64,000 nucleotides of DNA from Thermoanaerobaculia bacterium (GTDB lineage: Bacteria > Acidobacteriota > Thermoanaerobaculia > Multivoradales > Multivoraceae): assembly GCA_963666565.1 (NCBI GenBank), contig OY762911.1, forward strand, positions 3,776,001-3,840,000. The letters are read 5' to 3'. The translations under genes were made by a program, and so were the position numbers. Under the pieces are notes generated by a model. It did no database searches, was not told where the DNA came from, and was given only the letters and a program-made list of their open reading frames with translations. Of the stretch, positions 27,004-36,400 are shown one piece after another (the first letter of the stretch is position 1; every line of letters starts with the position of its first letter).

Positions 27004-29268
27004 ATGACAGCGATCGGCACCCCCACCAAGCTCCTCGAGGGCGGCCCCAAGGTCAAGGGTTCGCTCCGGTACTGCGGCGACATCGACCGGCCCGGGCTCC
27101 TTCACGCCCGCCTCGTCACGAGTCCCCACGCTCACGCCAGGGTCCTGAACGTGGACACCGCCGCGGCCGAGGCCATGCCGGGGATCGCCGCCGTGATCAC
27201 CGCCGCCGACCTGCCGGACCTGCCGGCGAAGAACCGGCCGACCCTCCTTCTGGCCCGCGAGCGGGCGATCTTCGTCGGCCACCCGGTCGCCCTCGTTCTC
27301 GCCGAGAGCGAGTCGGCGGCCGCGGACGCCGCGGAGGCCGTCCTCGTCGACTACGAGCCGCTCGACGCCATCGTGACGATCGAGCAGGCGGAGGCCGCCG
27401 ACGCTCAGGCCGTCTGGCCGGACGGCCTTCCCGGCCAGTCCGAAGAGGCGGCCGCGCACGGCGCCGGCGACGTGTCGGAAGACGACGACGCGGCCTCCTC
27501 GTCGCCCAACGTGACGAACGCGATGCGCTTCGAGCGCGGCGACCTCGCCGCCGGCTTCGACGAGGCGGACGCGGTCGTCGAACGGGTGTTCCGCACGGCG
27601 TCCGTTCACCAGTCCTACATCGAGCCCCACGCCTCCCTGATCGACCCGGACCCGATGGGCGCCGGGATGACCGTGTACTGCTCGACTCAGGCGCCCTTCT
27701 TCGTTCGGGACGCGGTTGCGGGCATGGTCGGCCTGCCGCAGGACCGGGTCAAGGTCGTCGGCACGCCCGTCGGCGGCGGCTTCGGCGCCAAGTTCGTGCT
27801 GTACGAGCCACTCCTCGCGGTCGCCGCGGTGCGGCACCAGCGTCCCGTCCGCCTGGTGATGACCCGGACCGAGGAGATGCTGGCGGCGACGCCGGCCCCT
27901 TCCACCCGGATCACGATCCGGGCCGGAGCGAAGCGGAGCGGCGAACTCACCGCGCTCGAGGCGGAGCTGGCGATCGACTGCGGCTGCTTTCCGTCGTCGA
28001 TGACCGCTCTTGCCGGAACCCTGCTGGGAAGTTCGTACCAGACGCCCCACCAAGCCGTTGGCGGCTTCGAAGTCACGACGAACAAGCCGTCCGTCGGCGC
28101 CTACCGCGCGCCTCTGGCGCCCCAGGCGGCGTTCGTCGTCGAGACGGTCCTCGACCAGCTCGCTCTCGAACTCGAACTCGACCCGGTGGAGTTCCGGCTC
28201 CAGAACGCCTCGGAGAAGGGCGCCCCGATGGCGTCCGGAATGCCCTGGGCCGGGATGGGCCAGCGGCAGGTCCTGGAGGCGCTTCGCGATCACCCGGCCT
28301 GGAAGAACCGCGAGCGGGCCCGCGCCGAGGGACGGGGCGTCGGCATCGCGCTCGGCGCCTGGCCGGGCGGCACCGAGCCGGCCTCCGCCGCCTGCGCGCT
28401 GCAGACGGACGGCACGCTCAAGGTCCAGATCAGCACGGCCGACATCAACGGCACGAACACGAGCATGGCCCTGATGGCGGCCGAGGCGTTCGGGCTCGAC
28501 CCGGACAAGGTCACGATCGCGACGGGCGACACCTCGGCGGGGACGTACGCCGGCGCGTCGGGTGGCAGCAAGACGATCTACACGGTCGGCCCGCCCGTCA
28601 TCGAGGCTGCCCGCGAGGCGCGCCGCCAGACCCTGGAACTCGCGGCGCAGACGTTCGAGGCGGACCCCGAGGACCTCGAGATCGTCGACGGCGCCGTTCA
28701 GGTCAAGGGCTCGCCCGACAAGGCGATTCCGCTCAGGAAGATCGCCCAGCGGACGATGCGGTTCGGCGGCCGGCAGGCGCCGGTTTTCGGCCACGGCCGG
28801 CACGCCCAGACCAGCCAGGCGCCCGGATTCTGCGCCCAGCTCGCGGAGGTGAGCGTCGACCGGGAGACCGGAAAGGTCGACGTCGACCGGGTGGTCGTCA
28901 TCCAGGACTGCGGCAAGGCGATCAATCCGGCTGCGGTCGAGGGCCAGATGATGGGCGGCGCCCTGCAGGGCGTCGGCTGGGCGCTCTACGAGGAGATGGC
29001 CTACAGCGAGGACGGCCAGCTCCTGACGGCGACCCTGAACGACTATGCCCTGCCCGACTTCGCGCAGGGGCCGGCCGAGCTCGAGACCGTGCTGGTCGAG
29101 GTCGCCTCGGACCACGGGCCGTTCGGCGCCCGGGGCGTCGGCGAGCCGCCGGTCGTCCCCACCGCGGCCGCCATCGCCAACGCGATCGCCGACGCCTGCG
29201 GCGCGCGGCCGACGGAGTTGCCGATGACGCCGCCGAGGGTGCTCCAGGCGCTCGACGGGACCGCCTGA
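27004..29268 (+). CDS. Xanthine dehydrogenase / CoxL-like molybdopterin-binding large subunit
   Basis: SPHAHARV, HQSYIEPH, VGGGFGAK, GKAINP..VEGQMMGG, GARGVGEPP; active-site loop AYRAP. Confidence 0.92.
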   Translation: MTAIGTPTKLLEGGPKVKGSLRYCGDIDRPGLLHARLVTSPHAHARVLNVDTAAAEAMPGIAAVITAADLPDLPAKNRPTLLLARERAIFVGHPVALVLAESESAAADAAEAVLVDYEPLDAIVTIEQAEAADAQAVWPDGLPGQSEEAAAHGAGDVSEDDDAASSSPNVTNAMRFERGDLAAGFDEADAVVERVFRTASVHQSYIEPHASLIDPDPMGAGMTVYCSTQAPFFVRDAVAGMVGLPQDRVKVVGTPVGGGFGAKFVLYEPLLAVAAVRHQRPVRLVMTRTEEMLAATPAPSTRITIRAGAKRSGELTALEAELAIDCGCFPSSMTALAGTLLGSSYQTPHQAVGGFEVTTNKPSVGAYRAPLAPQAAFVVETVLDQLALELELDPVEFRLQNASEKGAPMASGMPWAGMGQRQVLEALRDHPAWKNRERARAEGRGVGIALGAWPGGTEPASAACALQTDGTLKVQISTADINGTNTSMALMAAEAFGLDPDKVTIATGDTSAGTYAGASGGSKTIYTVGPPVIEAAREARRQTLELAAQTFEADPEDLEIVDGAVQVKGSPDKAIPLRKIAQRTMRFGGRQAPVFGHGRHAQTSQAPGFCAQLAEVSVDRETGKVDVDRVVVIQDCGKAINPAAVEGQMMGGALQGVGWALYEEMAYSEDGQLLTATLNDYALPDFAQGPAELETVLVEVASDHGPFGARGVGEPPVVPTAAAIANAIADACGARPTELPMTPPRVLQALDGTA

Positions 29269-29368
29269 CGCGGCGACCGCCGGCGACCGTCCCCGCCCGC
29301 TCCCAGGAGCTTCCGCCGCGGACTTGCCGCGCTGCGTTCACGGCGGAAGCTCCTAGAATGCGGCGAGG

Positions 29369-31549
29369 ATGGTCCGTTGCGGAATCGATGCCTGGGCGCT
29401 GGGGGCGGTCGTCGTCCTCGCCGCGGTCACGCTCGCCGCGCCGCTCCTGGGGATCGCCGGGTGGCAGCCCGCGACGATGGCCGGCGCAGCGGCGGCCGGC
29501 CTGCTCTACGTCGCCGGCCGGGTCCTCTCGCTCGGGTCCCTGCTGGAGCGCGCCGCCGGTGCCGGGCGGCCGCCGCTCGTCTTCCTGCTGCTGCCTCTTG
29601 TCTTCTACCTGGCGCTGATTCCCTGGTCGATCCGGGAGCGCGCTCCCGACGGCGACGAGCCGTGGTTCCTCCTGACCACCCACAGCATCGCCCACGACTT
29701 CGACCTCGACCTGGCGAACAACTACCGCGACGAGGACTCGCTCTCGTTCATGCCGCGGGCGATCGGGCCGCAGCCCGGCGATCCCGAAGCCGACGACGGG
29801 ACCATCCGCTCGCGCCACGGCGCCGTGCTGCAGGCGGCGATGGCGCCCGCCTACCGCCTCGGCGGCCGCGCCGGCGCGATGGTCGTCGTCGCGGCTCTGG
29901 CCGCTCTGGGCGCCTGGTTGCTGCTCGATCTCACGGCGTTCAGCCCGGACGCGCGGGCGCGGCTCGTCGCGTACGCGACCTTCAGCTTCGCCGCGCCGTT
30001 CCTGATCTACAGCCAGCAGATCTGGGCCGAGGTCGCCGCCGTCCTGCTCGCCGTCGCCGCGTTCCGGTGGATCGACCGTCTCGCCGGAGGCGCGTGGGGA
30101 CCGGATTCACGGAGCGCCTCGACCGCGGCGCGCCGGGTGCGCCGGTCCGACATCCCACCGCCCGAAGACGGGCGCCATCGGGCCGCGGACTGGCGCGTCT
30201 GGCTGTTCCTCGCCCTGTCGCTGGCCCTCCTGCCCGCGATCAAACTCCGGTTCGCGCTGATCAGCGCGGCGCTCGCGCTGATCTTCGTGTTGCGCCTCGC
30301 CCCGGCCCGACGCCGCCGCGGACTCGTGGCGCTGGCGGTCGCCGGCGTCCCGGCGGCCGCCCTCGTCCTCTGGTCGAACCGCAGCGTCTTCGGCACCGTG
30401 CTGGGCATGCACTCGTGGAGCGAACTCGAGGTCTACCGGCAACCGGTTTCGACGTTTGCGCTCGGTCTGAACGGGCTGTTCTTCGACCTCGCCTACGGCC
30501 TCGTCGCCTGCGCGCCTATCTGGCTGCTCCTGTTCCCGGCGGCGGTCGCGGCATGGCGCCGCAACCGGCGGCTCCTGCTCGAGGTCGCGCTGATCGCCGT
30601 GCCCACGCTGCTCCTCGTCGCCTCCCGCCGCGAGTGGTACGGCGGGTGGTCGCCGCCGTTCCGCTACGGCCTCGTGGTGCTCCCCTTCCTCGCGCTGCTC
30701 CTGGTCCCCCTGTTCGAGCGGCGGCAGCGCGGCAGGCATGGCGCGCACGGGTCGTCTTCACCGCCGACCGGCGCCCGGGCGATCGCATCGGGCAAGCGGC
30801 CGGCGTCCGGCCCCGCGCCCGGCCTCGTCGCCCTCGCCCTGGCGCTGGCGCTGCTCACGGGCGCCCTGGCCGTCCTGTTCGTCGTGGAACCCGGATGGAC
30901 CTACAACCTGGCGGACGGCCGTCACCACTTCCTGCATCACCTGGAGGCGCGGACAGGTCTCGACTTCGCCCGCTTCCTGCCCTCGGCCGCGCGGCCCCGT
31001 GCCGCGACCTGGATCCTGCCGGCGCTCGCGGCAGTCGCGGCCATTCTCGCGGCGCGCGTGCGGAGGAGAACCGCGGCGGCCGCGTGCGCCGGCGTCCCCG
31101 TTCTGTTCCTGGCCGCCCTGCCCGTGCTCGCGGATTCGCTGCCTACGCGGCGCGTCGAGATCGAGAGCGCGGCCGTGCAGCGCACCGGGGGCAACCAGGA
31201 ACCGGCGCGCTGGACGCTGGACCGCACGCGCTTCCCGGAAGCGTGGGTGCTTCCCGAAGGCAGCCGCGCCGAGGCGGCGGTGATCCCGGGCGGCGACCGC
31301 GTGGAGATCGCCGTCACCCTCCAGGCGATCAGGAACCGCGCGGCGCCCCTCACGCTGGTCGTACGGGCCGGCGACCGGGAACTCGGCCGCCTGACCTTCG
31401 CCGAGGAAGGCGAGGACGGCTGGCACGTTCGCACGCTGCTGCCGGCGACCTGGCTGGCGGACGCTCCGCTCGTTCTCGACGTCCCCCACGGCGACGCCAT
31501 GCCGCAGAACGGTCTGGCGGTCGACCGCGTCGACCTGCGCTGGCACTGA
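29369..31549 (+). CDS. Polytopic membrane protein, probable GT-C fold glycosyltransferase
   Basis: DGDEPWFLLTTHSI motif after the first TM segments, WYGGWSPPFRYGL, more than 10 TM helices, C-terminal soluble domain. Confidence 0.65.
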   Translation: MVRCGIDAWALGAVVVLAAVTLAAPLLGIAGWQPATMAGAAAAGLLYVAGRVLSLGSLLERAAGAGRPPLVFLLLPLVFYLALIPWSIRERAPDGDEPWFLLTTHSIAHDFDLDLANNYRDEDSLSFMPRAIGPQPGDPEADDGTIRSRHGAVLQAAMAPAYRLGGRAGAMVVVAALAALGAWLLLDLTAFSPDARARLVAYATFSFAAPFLIYSQQIWAEVAAVLLAVAAFRWIDRLAGGAWGPDSRSASTAARRVRRSDIPPPEDGRHRAADWRVWLFLALSLALLPAIKLRFALISAALALIFVLRLAPARRRRGLVALAVAGVPAAALVLWSNRSVFGTVLGMHSWSELEVYRQPVSTFALGLNGLFFDLAYGLVACAPIWLLLFPAAVAAWRRNRRLLLEVALIAVPTLLLVASRREWYGGWSPPFRYGLVVLPFLALLLVPLFERRQRGRHGAHGSSSPPTGARAIASGKRPASGPAPGLVALALALALLTGALAVLFVVEPGWTYNLADGRHHFLHHLEARTGLDFARFLPSAARPRAATWILPALAAVAAILAARVRRRTAAAACAGVPVLFLAALPVLADSLPTRRVEIESAAVQRTGGNQEPARWTLDRTRFPEAWVLPEGSRAEAAVIPGGDRVEIAVTLQAIRNRAAPLTLVVRAGDRELGRLTFAEEGEDGWHVRTLLPATWLADAPLVLDVPHGDAMPQNGLAVDRVDLRWH

Positions 31550-31561
31550 GCCCCAACCACT

Positions 31562-31602
31562 GGGTGCGCGGGTCCTCCGACCCGCAGCCGCCGCAGGCGG
31601 CC
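31562..31602 (+). repeat. REP-like double hairpin, family A
   Basis: gggtgcgcgggtc-ctcc-gacccgc-agccgccgcaggcggcc, between convergent genes. Confidence 0.75.
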
Positions 31603-31708
31603 TTCAACCTCGTCGCCGGCCTTGCCGCCTGCGCTGCGCCGCTACGCGGCGCGTTTCCCCCCGGAAGGCCGGCGGGGACGCCGGCGCACCCGGTGTGCCC
31701 CGCTCAGG

Positions 31709-32824
31709 TCAAGGCCGGACTTCGTAGTAGAGGTTCGCCGGATCGTCGAAGTCGTGCATTCGGAAGCGGGTGAAGCCGGCTTCCCGCACCATCCGCTCCG
31801 CCACGACCGGGTTGAACCCCAGCGTGCCCAGGCCGAGACCGTCCGGCTCGGACAGGGCCGAGGACATGCAGGCGGACACGGAGAACCCGTAGAGCAGCGC
31901 CAGCATGGGGTTGCGCATGTTGTCCTCGAACCGCGGGCTGCTGCGGATGTCCTTGATCAGCCAGGTGCCGTCGTCCCGGATGGCGCCGCGGATGGCGGCG
32001 ATGACGAGGTCCGGCCGCGTCATGTCGTGGATGCAGTCGAAGGTCACGACCAGGTCGAAGTTCGGCTCCTGGGGGAGGTCCTCGCCGCGAGCGATCTTCC
32101 AGTCGACGTTCGTGACGCCCGCTTCGCGGGTGCGCTCGTGCGCGATGTCGATCGCGTGGGCGGACGGGTCGTACCCGGTGAAACGCGACTCCGGGAAGGC
32201 GCGGGCCAGGGACAGGAGCGCCACGCCGCCGCCGCAACCGACGTCGATGACGTCGATCCCGGCCCGCAGCCGGTCCTCGACGCCGTCGAGCGCGGGAACG
32301 ATCCGCGGTACCAGCGCCTGCCGGGTCCAGGGACCGAGCATCCGCTCGGTGCGATGCGCGGCGCAGGGCCCGAGTTGCTGGTAGGACAGGCCGACCCCGG
32401 TCCTGAACGCCTCCGCCGTACCGTCGATGACGTCGTGGTCGGGCGGATAGCCGAACGCGCCGGCGGCGAAGGCCACGGAGTTCTCCTCGTCGGCGAGCAC
32501 CGCCGCGGCCACGCCGTCGAGTTCGAAGCGCGGCTCGCCGCCGTTCTCGGCCGCGTGGTACTCGAGCAGTCCGGCGGCCGCCTGGCCGTGCAGCCACTCG
32601 CGCAGCCAGCGCTCCTTGAGCCCGCTGGCCTCGGCCAGCTCCGCGGGGCTGACCGGACCCAGACCCTGCAGGGTGCGGTAGATGCCCAGCCGGTCGCCGA
32701 GGTGGATCATCAGGGAGACGAGCTCGCCCTGCTTGAACTTCCACACCTTCAGGGCGAAGGCCCCGACCTGTTCCGGGTCGAGCCGGCCGTAGAGCGCCTG
32801 CGTGCCGCTGTCGTCGTCTGTCAT
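31709..32824 (-). CDS. Class I SAM-dependent methyltransferase with N-terminal winged HTH (Rv2258c-like)
   Basis: LGDRLGIY..ERWLREWL; IDVGCGGG; FDCIHDM; GLGTLG. Confidence 0.88.
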   Translation of the reverse strand: MTDDDSGTQALYGRLDPEQVGAFALKVWKFKQGELVSLMIHLGDRLGIYRTLQGLGPVSPAELAEASGLKERWLREWLHGQAAAGLLEYHAAENGGEPRFELDGVAAAVLADEENSVAFAAGAFGYPPDHDVIDGTAEAFRTGVGLSYQQLGPCAAHRTERMLGPWTRQALVPRIVPALDGVEDRLRAGIDVIDVGCGGGVALLSLARAFPESRFTGYDPSAHAIDIAHERTREAGVTNVDWKIARGEDLPQEPNFDLVVTFDCIHDMTRPDLVIAAIRGAIRDDGTWLIKDIRSSPRFEDNMRNPMLALLYGFSVSACMSSALSEPDGLGLGTLGFNPVVAERMVREAGFTRFRMHDFDDPANLYYEVRP

Positions 32825-32957
32825 CTCGGGCTCCTCCTCTCTGGGTGCGCGGGCCTTCTCATGCACACGAAACGGGCCGCACGGTATCATCGCCGCCCGC
32901 ACGAACAGCCTCGTCCAGGGAGTCCGCGCGACGCCTGAACGTCCCAGGAGATTGCCC

Positions 32958-34691
32958 ATGCCAGCCACCCGCCTTGCCGCCCTCGCCCTGCTGCTTCTGC
33001 CTGTTCCGCTCGCGGCCCAGGAGGAAGGCGTGGCGGCCCCGCCCCAGAACCACTGGCTGGCCGCCACGGCGGTCGGCGACGGCGCGGGGCCGGTCGACCA
33101 GTCGCTGCTCGAGGCCGCTCCCACCCGCGAGTCCTGGCTCCACTACGGCGGCAACTACGCGAGCTGGAGGCACTCGCCGATCACGGAACTGACGCCCGAG
33201 AGCGTCTCCGACCTCCGCGTCGCCTGGGTCGCCCAGACCGGCGTGCCGAGCCAGCTCGAATCCTCGCCCGTGGTGTACGACGGCGTGCTCTACCTCACGT
33301 CCTCGATGAACCGTCTGCTCGCCTACGACGCCGGCGACGGCACGTTGCTCTGGCGCTACGACCACGAGAACCCGTCCGATCTGCGGATCTGCTGCGGGCC
33401 GGTGAACCGGGGCGTCGGCATCTCCGGCGACCTCGTCGTCATGGGCACCCTGGACGCCCGGTTGCTCGCCTTCGACCGCAAGACGGGCGAGCTGGCATGG
33501 GAGACCGAGGTCGTTCCCTACGCGAAGGGCTTCTCGATCACGTCGGCGCCGCTCATCGCGGAGGGCGTGGTCGTCATAGGCATCGGCGGCGGCGAGTACG
33601 GCGTACGCGGCTTCTTCGACGGCTACGAGTTGGAGACCGGCGAACTCCTCTGGCGCCACTACACGGTGCCGGACACGGGCGAACCCGGCGTCGACACCTG
33701 GCTGGGCGAGTCGTACAAGACGGGCGGCGCCGCCACCTGGGCGACCGGCAGCTACGACCCGGCGACGAAGACCCTGTTCTGGACCACCGGCAACCCCTCG
33801 CCCGACTGGAACGGCGACACCCGTCTAGGCGACAACCTCTACAGCGACAGCGTGCTGGCGGTCGACATCATGACCGGCGAACGCAAGTGGCACTTCCAGT
33901 TCACGCCCCACGACGTCTGGGACTACGACGGCAACTCCGAGGTTTGGCTCGTCGACGTGCAGGTCAACGAGCAGACGATTCCCGCCCTGGTCCAGGCGAA
34001 CCGGAACGGCTACTTCTACGTGCTCGACCGTCGCGACGGCGGCTTCCTGCACGCCAGCCAGTACGTCCACCAGTTGAACTGGGCGACGCTGGACGAGAAC
34101 GGCCGCCCCGTCGTCGACGAGGCGATGAAGCCGGCGGACGAGCCGACCCAGCGCGTCTGCCCCGGCCTCGCCGGCGGCAACAACGCCGCCTACGCCGGCG
34201 CCTACAGCCCGGACACCGGCTTCGCCTACGTGCCGACGATCGAGAGCTGCATGATGTTCCGGAAGGGCCTCGTCACCTTCATCGAGGGCATCCCCTTCTT
34301 CGGCGGCGAGCCGATTCCGACCGACACCGCCGAGGGCAAGTCGTACGGGCACCTGTCGGCGATCGACGTCAGCACGGGCGAAACGAAGTGGAGCTATCGG
34401 GATCCGGTGCCGATGCTCGCCGGCGTGCTGAGCACCGCCGGCGGCCTCGTCGTCACCGGCAACGCCTCCGGCCACCTCCTCGGCTTCGACGCCGAGACCG
34501 GCGAGGAAGTGTGGCGCTACCAGACCGGTTCGGGCATTCGCAGCCATCCGATCGCCTACCAGTACGAGGGCAGGACCTACCTCGCCGTCGGCTCCGGCGG
34601 CGGCGGCATCGTCCAGACCACGGTCGGCACCGCGCCCTCGCTGCCGGAGGGCAGCATGCTGCTCGTCTTCGAGTTGGCGGCCGGTGGCTAG
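32958..34691 (+). CDS. PQQ-dependent alcohol dehydrogenase (methanol/ethanol family), probably lanthanide-type
   Basis: Signal peptide; vicinal ICCGPVNRG; GGEYGVRG; TGNPSP; HDVWDYDG; ANRNGYFYVLDR. Confidence 0.9.
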   Translation: MPATRLAALALLLLPVPLAAQEEGVAAPPQNHWLAATAVGDGAGPVDQSLLEAAPTRESWLHYGGNYASWRHSPITELTPESVSDLRVAWVAQTGVPSQLESSPVVYDGVLYLTSSMNRLLAYDAGDGTLLWRYDHENPSDLRICCGPVNRGVGISGDLVVMGTLDARLLAFDRKTGELAWETEVVPYAKGFSITSAPLIAEGVVVIGIGGGEYGVRGFFDGYELETGELLWRHYTVPDTGEPGVDTWLGESYKTGGAATWATGSYDPATKTLFWTTGNPSPDWNGDTRLGDNLYSDSVLAVDIMTGERKWHFQFTPHDVWDYDGNSEVWLVDVQVNEQTIPALVQANRNGYFYVLDRRDGGFLHASQYVHQLNWATLDENGRPVVDEAMKPADEPTQRVCPGLAGGNNAAYAGAYSPDTGFAYVPTIESCMMFRKGLVTFIEGIPFFGGEPIPTDTAEGKSYGHLSAIDVSTGETKWSYRDPVPMLAGVLSTAGGLVVTGNASGHLLGFDAETGEEVWRYQTGSGIRSHPIAYQYEGRTYLAVGSGGGGIVQTTVGTAPSLPEGSMLLVFELAAGG

Positions 34692-35568
34692 CGCCCCGAA
34701 ACCCGTCGCAGACTCCGTGTTTCGGCCCATCCCGTCCGGGGACGAACCCCGGACACTCAGCCGGACGGGCGCGGCCGGCCTGCTCGCACTGTGCCTGGCG
34801 GTCGCGCCCCTGCAGGCCGAGGACCTGCGCGTGTGCCTGCTGGACGACGACCTGCCGCGAGCCCACCGCGCCGAGGCCTCCGGCTTCGATCACGACCTGT
34901 TCCGGGAAGCCGCCGAGCGCCTCGGTCGCAGATTCGTTCCCGTCTGGCGCCCGAAGGCACCGCCCTACTCGGAGATCGACGACACGGATCTCCCGTTCGA
35001 GGCGCTGATGGAACGCGAATGCGACGTCGCGGCCTCCGTGCCGGGCCCGCTCGCGCTCGGGCGGCTCGCCGGAGCGGTCGATCTCAGCCCGCCCTACTAC
35101 GCGGCCGCCTTCGAGCTCTACATGCCGGGCGAGGAGGAACTCGACTGGGAGGGTCTGCCGGAAGCGGTCGCGGGCCGCAAGGTGGCGGTGCGACTGCAGT
35201 CTCTCGGCCACTTCGCCGCCCAGGCAGCGGGCCTGGACTGGACCTCGCAGCCAAGCGCCGCCGAGGTCGTGGCCGCCGTGGACGACGGCCGTGCCGCCGC
35301 GGCCCTGATCTTCGGGCCGGCCCTCGCCAGCCTCGGCAAGGCGCCGGTGAGCGCCTTCGAGCCGCCTCCAGGGCTCCGTTTCAACGAACACGCCGCCGTG
35401 CGCGCCGGCGACGCGCTCGGCGACGAAGTCGCGCCGGTACTGGAGGAGTTGCGCCGCGACGGCACTCTCGCGCGTCTGGCAACGCGCTACGGCATCTTCC
35501 GCATCGAGCCCTTTCCAACCGTGTCCTCGCCGGAAGCGATCCGCGCTCTCGGTATCGGCGGTCCCTAG
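34684..35568 (+). CDS. Periplasmic substrate-binding-fold protein (MxaJ/XoxJ-like)
   Basis: Signal peptide, LRVC..LP, SGFD, CDV, SPPYY; immediately downstream of the PQQ ADH; start uncertain (34684 or 34717). Confidence 0.7.
   Translation: MASAPKPVADSVFRPIPSGDEPRTLSRTGAAGLLALCLAVAPLQAEDLRVCLLDDDLPRAHRAEASGFDHDLFREAAERLGRRFVPVWRPKAPPYSEIDDTDLPFEALMERECDVAASVPGPLALGRLAGAVDLSPPYYAAAFELYMPGEEELDWEGLPEAVAGRKVAVRLQSLGHFAAQAAGLDWTSQPSAAEVVAAVDDGRAAAALIFGPALASLGKAPVSAFEPPPGLRFNEHAAVRAGDALGDEVAPVLEELRRDGTLARLATRYGIFRIEPFPTVSSPEAIRALGIGGP
34688..34725. repeat. REP-like palindrome family B
   Basis: ctagcgccccgaaacccgtcgcagactccgtgtttcgg; overlaps the ADH stop codon. Confidence 0.65.
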
Positions 35569-35602
35569 CGCCGCCAAACCTGTCGCAGACTCCGTGTTTG
35601 GC
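35565..35602. repeat. REP-like palindrome family B
   Basis: ctagcgccgccaaacctgtcgcagactccgtgtttggc; similar to the 34688 copy, with stem arms ccaaac/gtttgg. Confidence 0.65.
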
Positions 35603-35632
35603 CCCGGCCTCTACCTCACCAGGAGCAACGTC

Positions 35633-36196
35633 TTGCCCATCACCACCCAGCCGCGCGCCGTGCCGACTTCCTCCTCTTCGCTCATCGCACTGGTCCTGCC
35701 GGCGCTCCTGGCGGCCTGCGCCACGGGCGGCGGGCCGGCGCCCGAGCGGCCCGGCGGGCCAGCCGCCGAACAAGCCGCAACAGCGGCGTCGCCAGCGGCA
35801 CCCGAGCCCGCGGCAGCGCCCGCGACACACGAACCCGCGGCGGCGGCGGCGCCCGCGGCGCCCGAACCCGCGGCAGCCGACGCCGCGGAACCGGACGCGG
35901 CTTCCTCGCCAGTCGCCACCTACCTGGACGACCCCGCCGCGATCACCGCCGGGCGGCGCATGTTCCGGGCCGTCTGCACCGGCTATTGCCACTCGACCAC
36001 GCCGGGCGTGACGAAGGACGCGCCGAACCTCTTCGACTGCGACTGGGACCACGGCGACGAGGACGCCGACCTCTACCGCGTGATCGTCGACGGCGTGCCG
36101 GACACGGAGATGCTCCCCTTCGACGGGAAGATCCCCGAGGACACGATCTGGAAGGTGATCGCCTACGTGCGCTCGAACAGCCAGGACTGCGGCTGA
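35633..36196 (+). CDS. Lipoprotein cytochrome c with Pro/Ala-rich linker (putative ADH electron acceptor)
   Basis: AGGAG plus TTG 35633; LAAC lipobox; CTGYCH heme motif; APNL..WDHG..GVPDTEM..IWKVIAYVRS. Confidence 0.8.
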   Translation: MPITTQPRAVPTSSSSLIALVLPALLAACATGGGPAPERPGGPAAEQAATAASPAAPEPAAAPATHEPAAAAAPAAPEPAAADAAEPDAASSPVATYLDDPAAITAGRRMFRAVCTGYCHSTTPGVTKDAPNLFDCDWDHGDEDADLYRVIVDGVPDTEMLPFDGKIPEDTIWKVIAYVRSNSQDCG

Positions 36197-36400
36197 TCCA
36201 CGAGGCGGTTGCTCCCCAATCCGGTGCTTGGCCGCTCGGCGCCGGAAGTTGTTCGCTTCGGGCGAAACAGAAGGAACCGTACACTTTCGCCGGAACCGGA
36301 CCGGCGCCGGCTGGCCAGCCGGCGGATATAGTCCCGTGCGCTTCCCCCACAGACCCTGCGGCGCGGAACGAACGCGCCGAAACAGCCCACGGAGAGTCCC

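Noticed and set aside
27004-29268. Aerobic CO dehydrogenase CoxL
   Set aside because: Lacks the AYRCSFR or AYRGAGR loop and neighbouring coxM/coxS
36240-36340. Small hairpins upstream of gloB as a possible riboswitch
   Set aside because: Only short GC-rich stems, with no recognisable aptamer consensus
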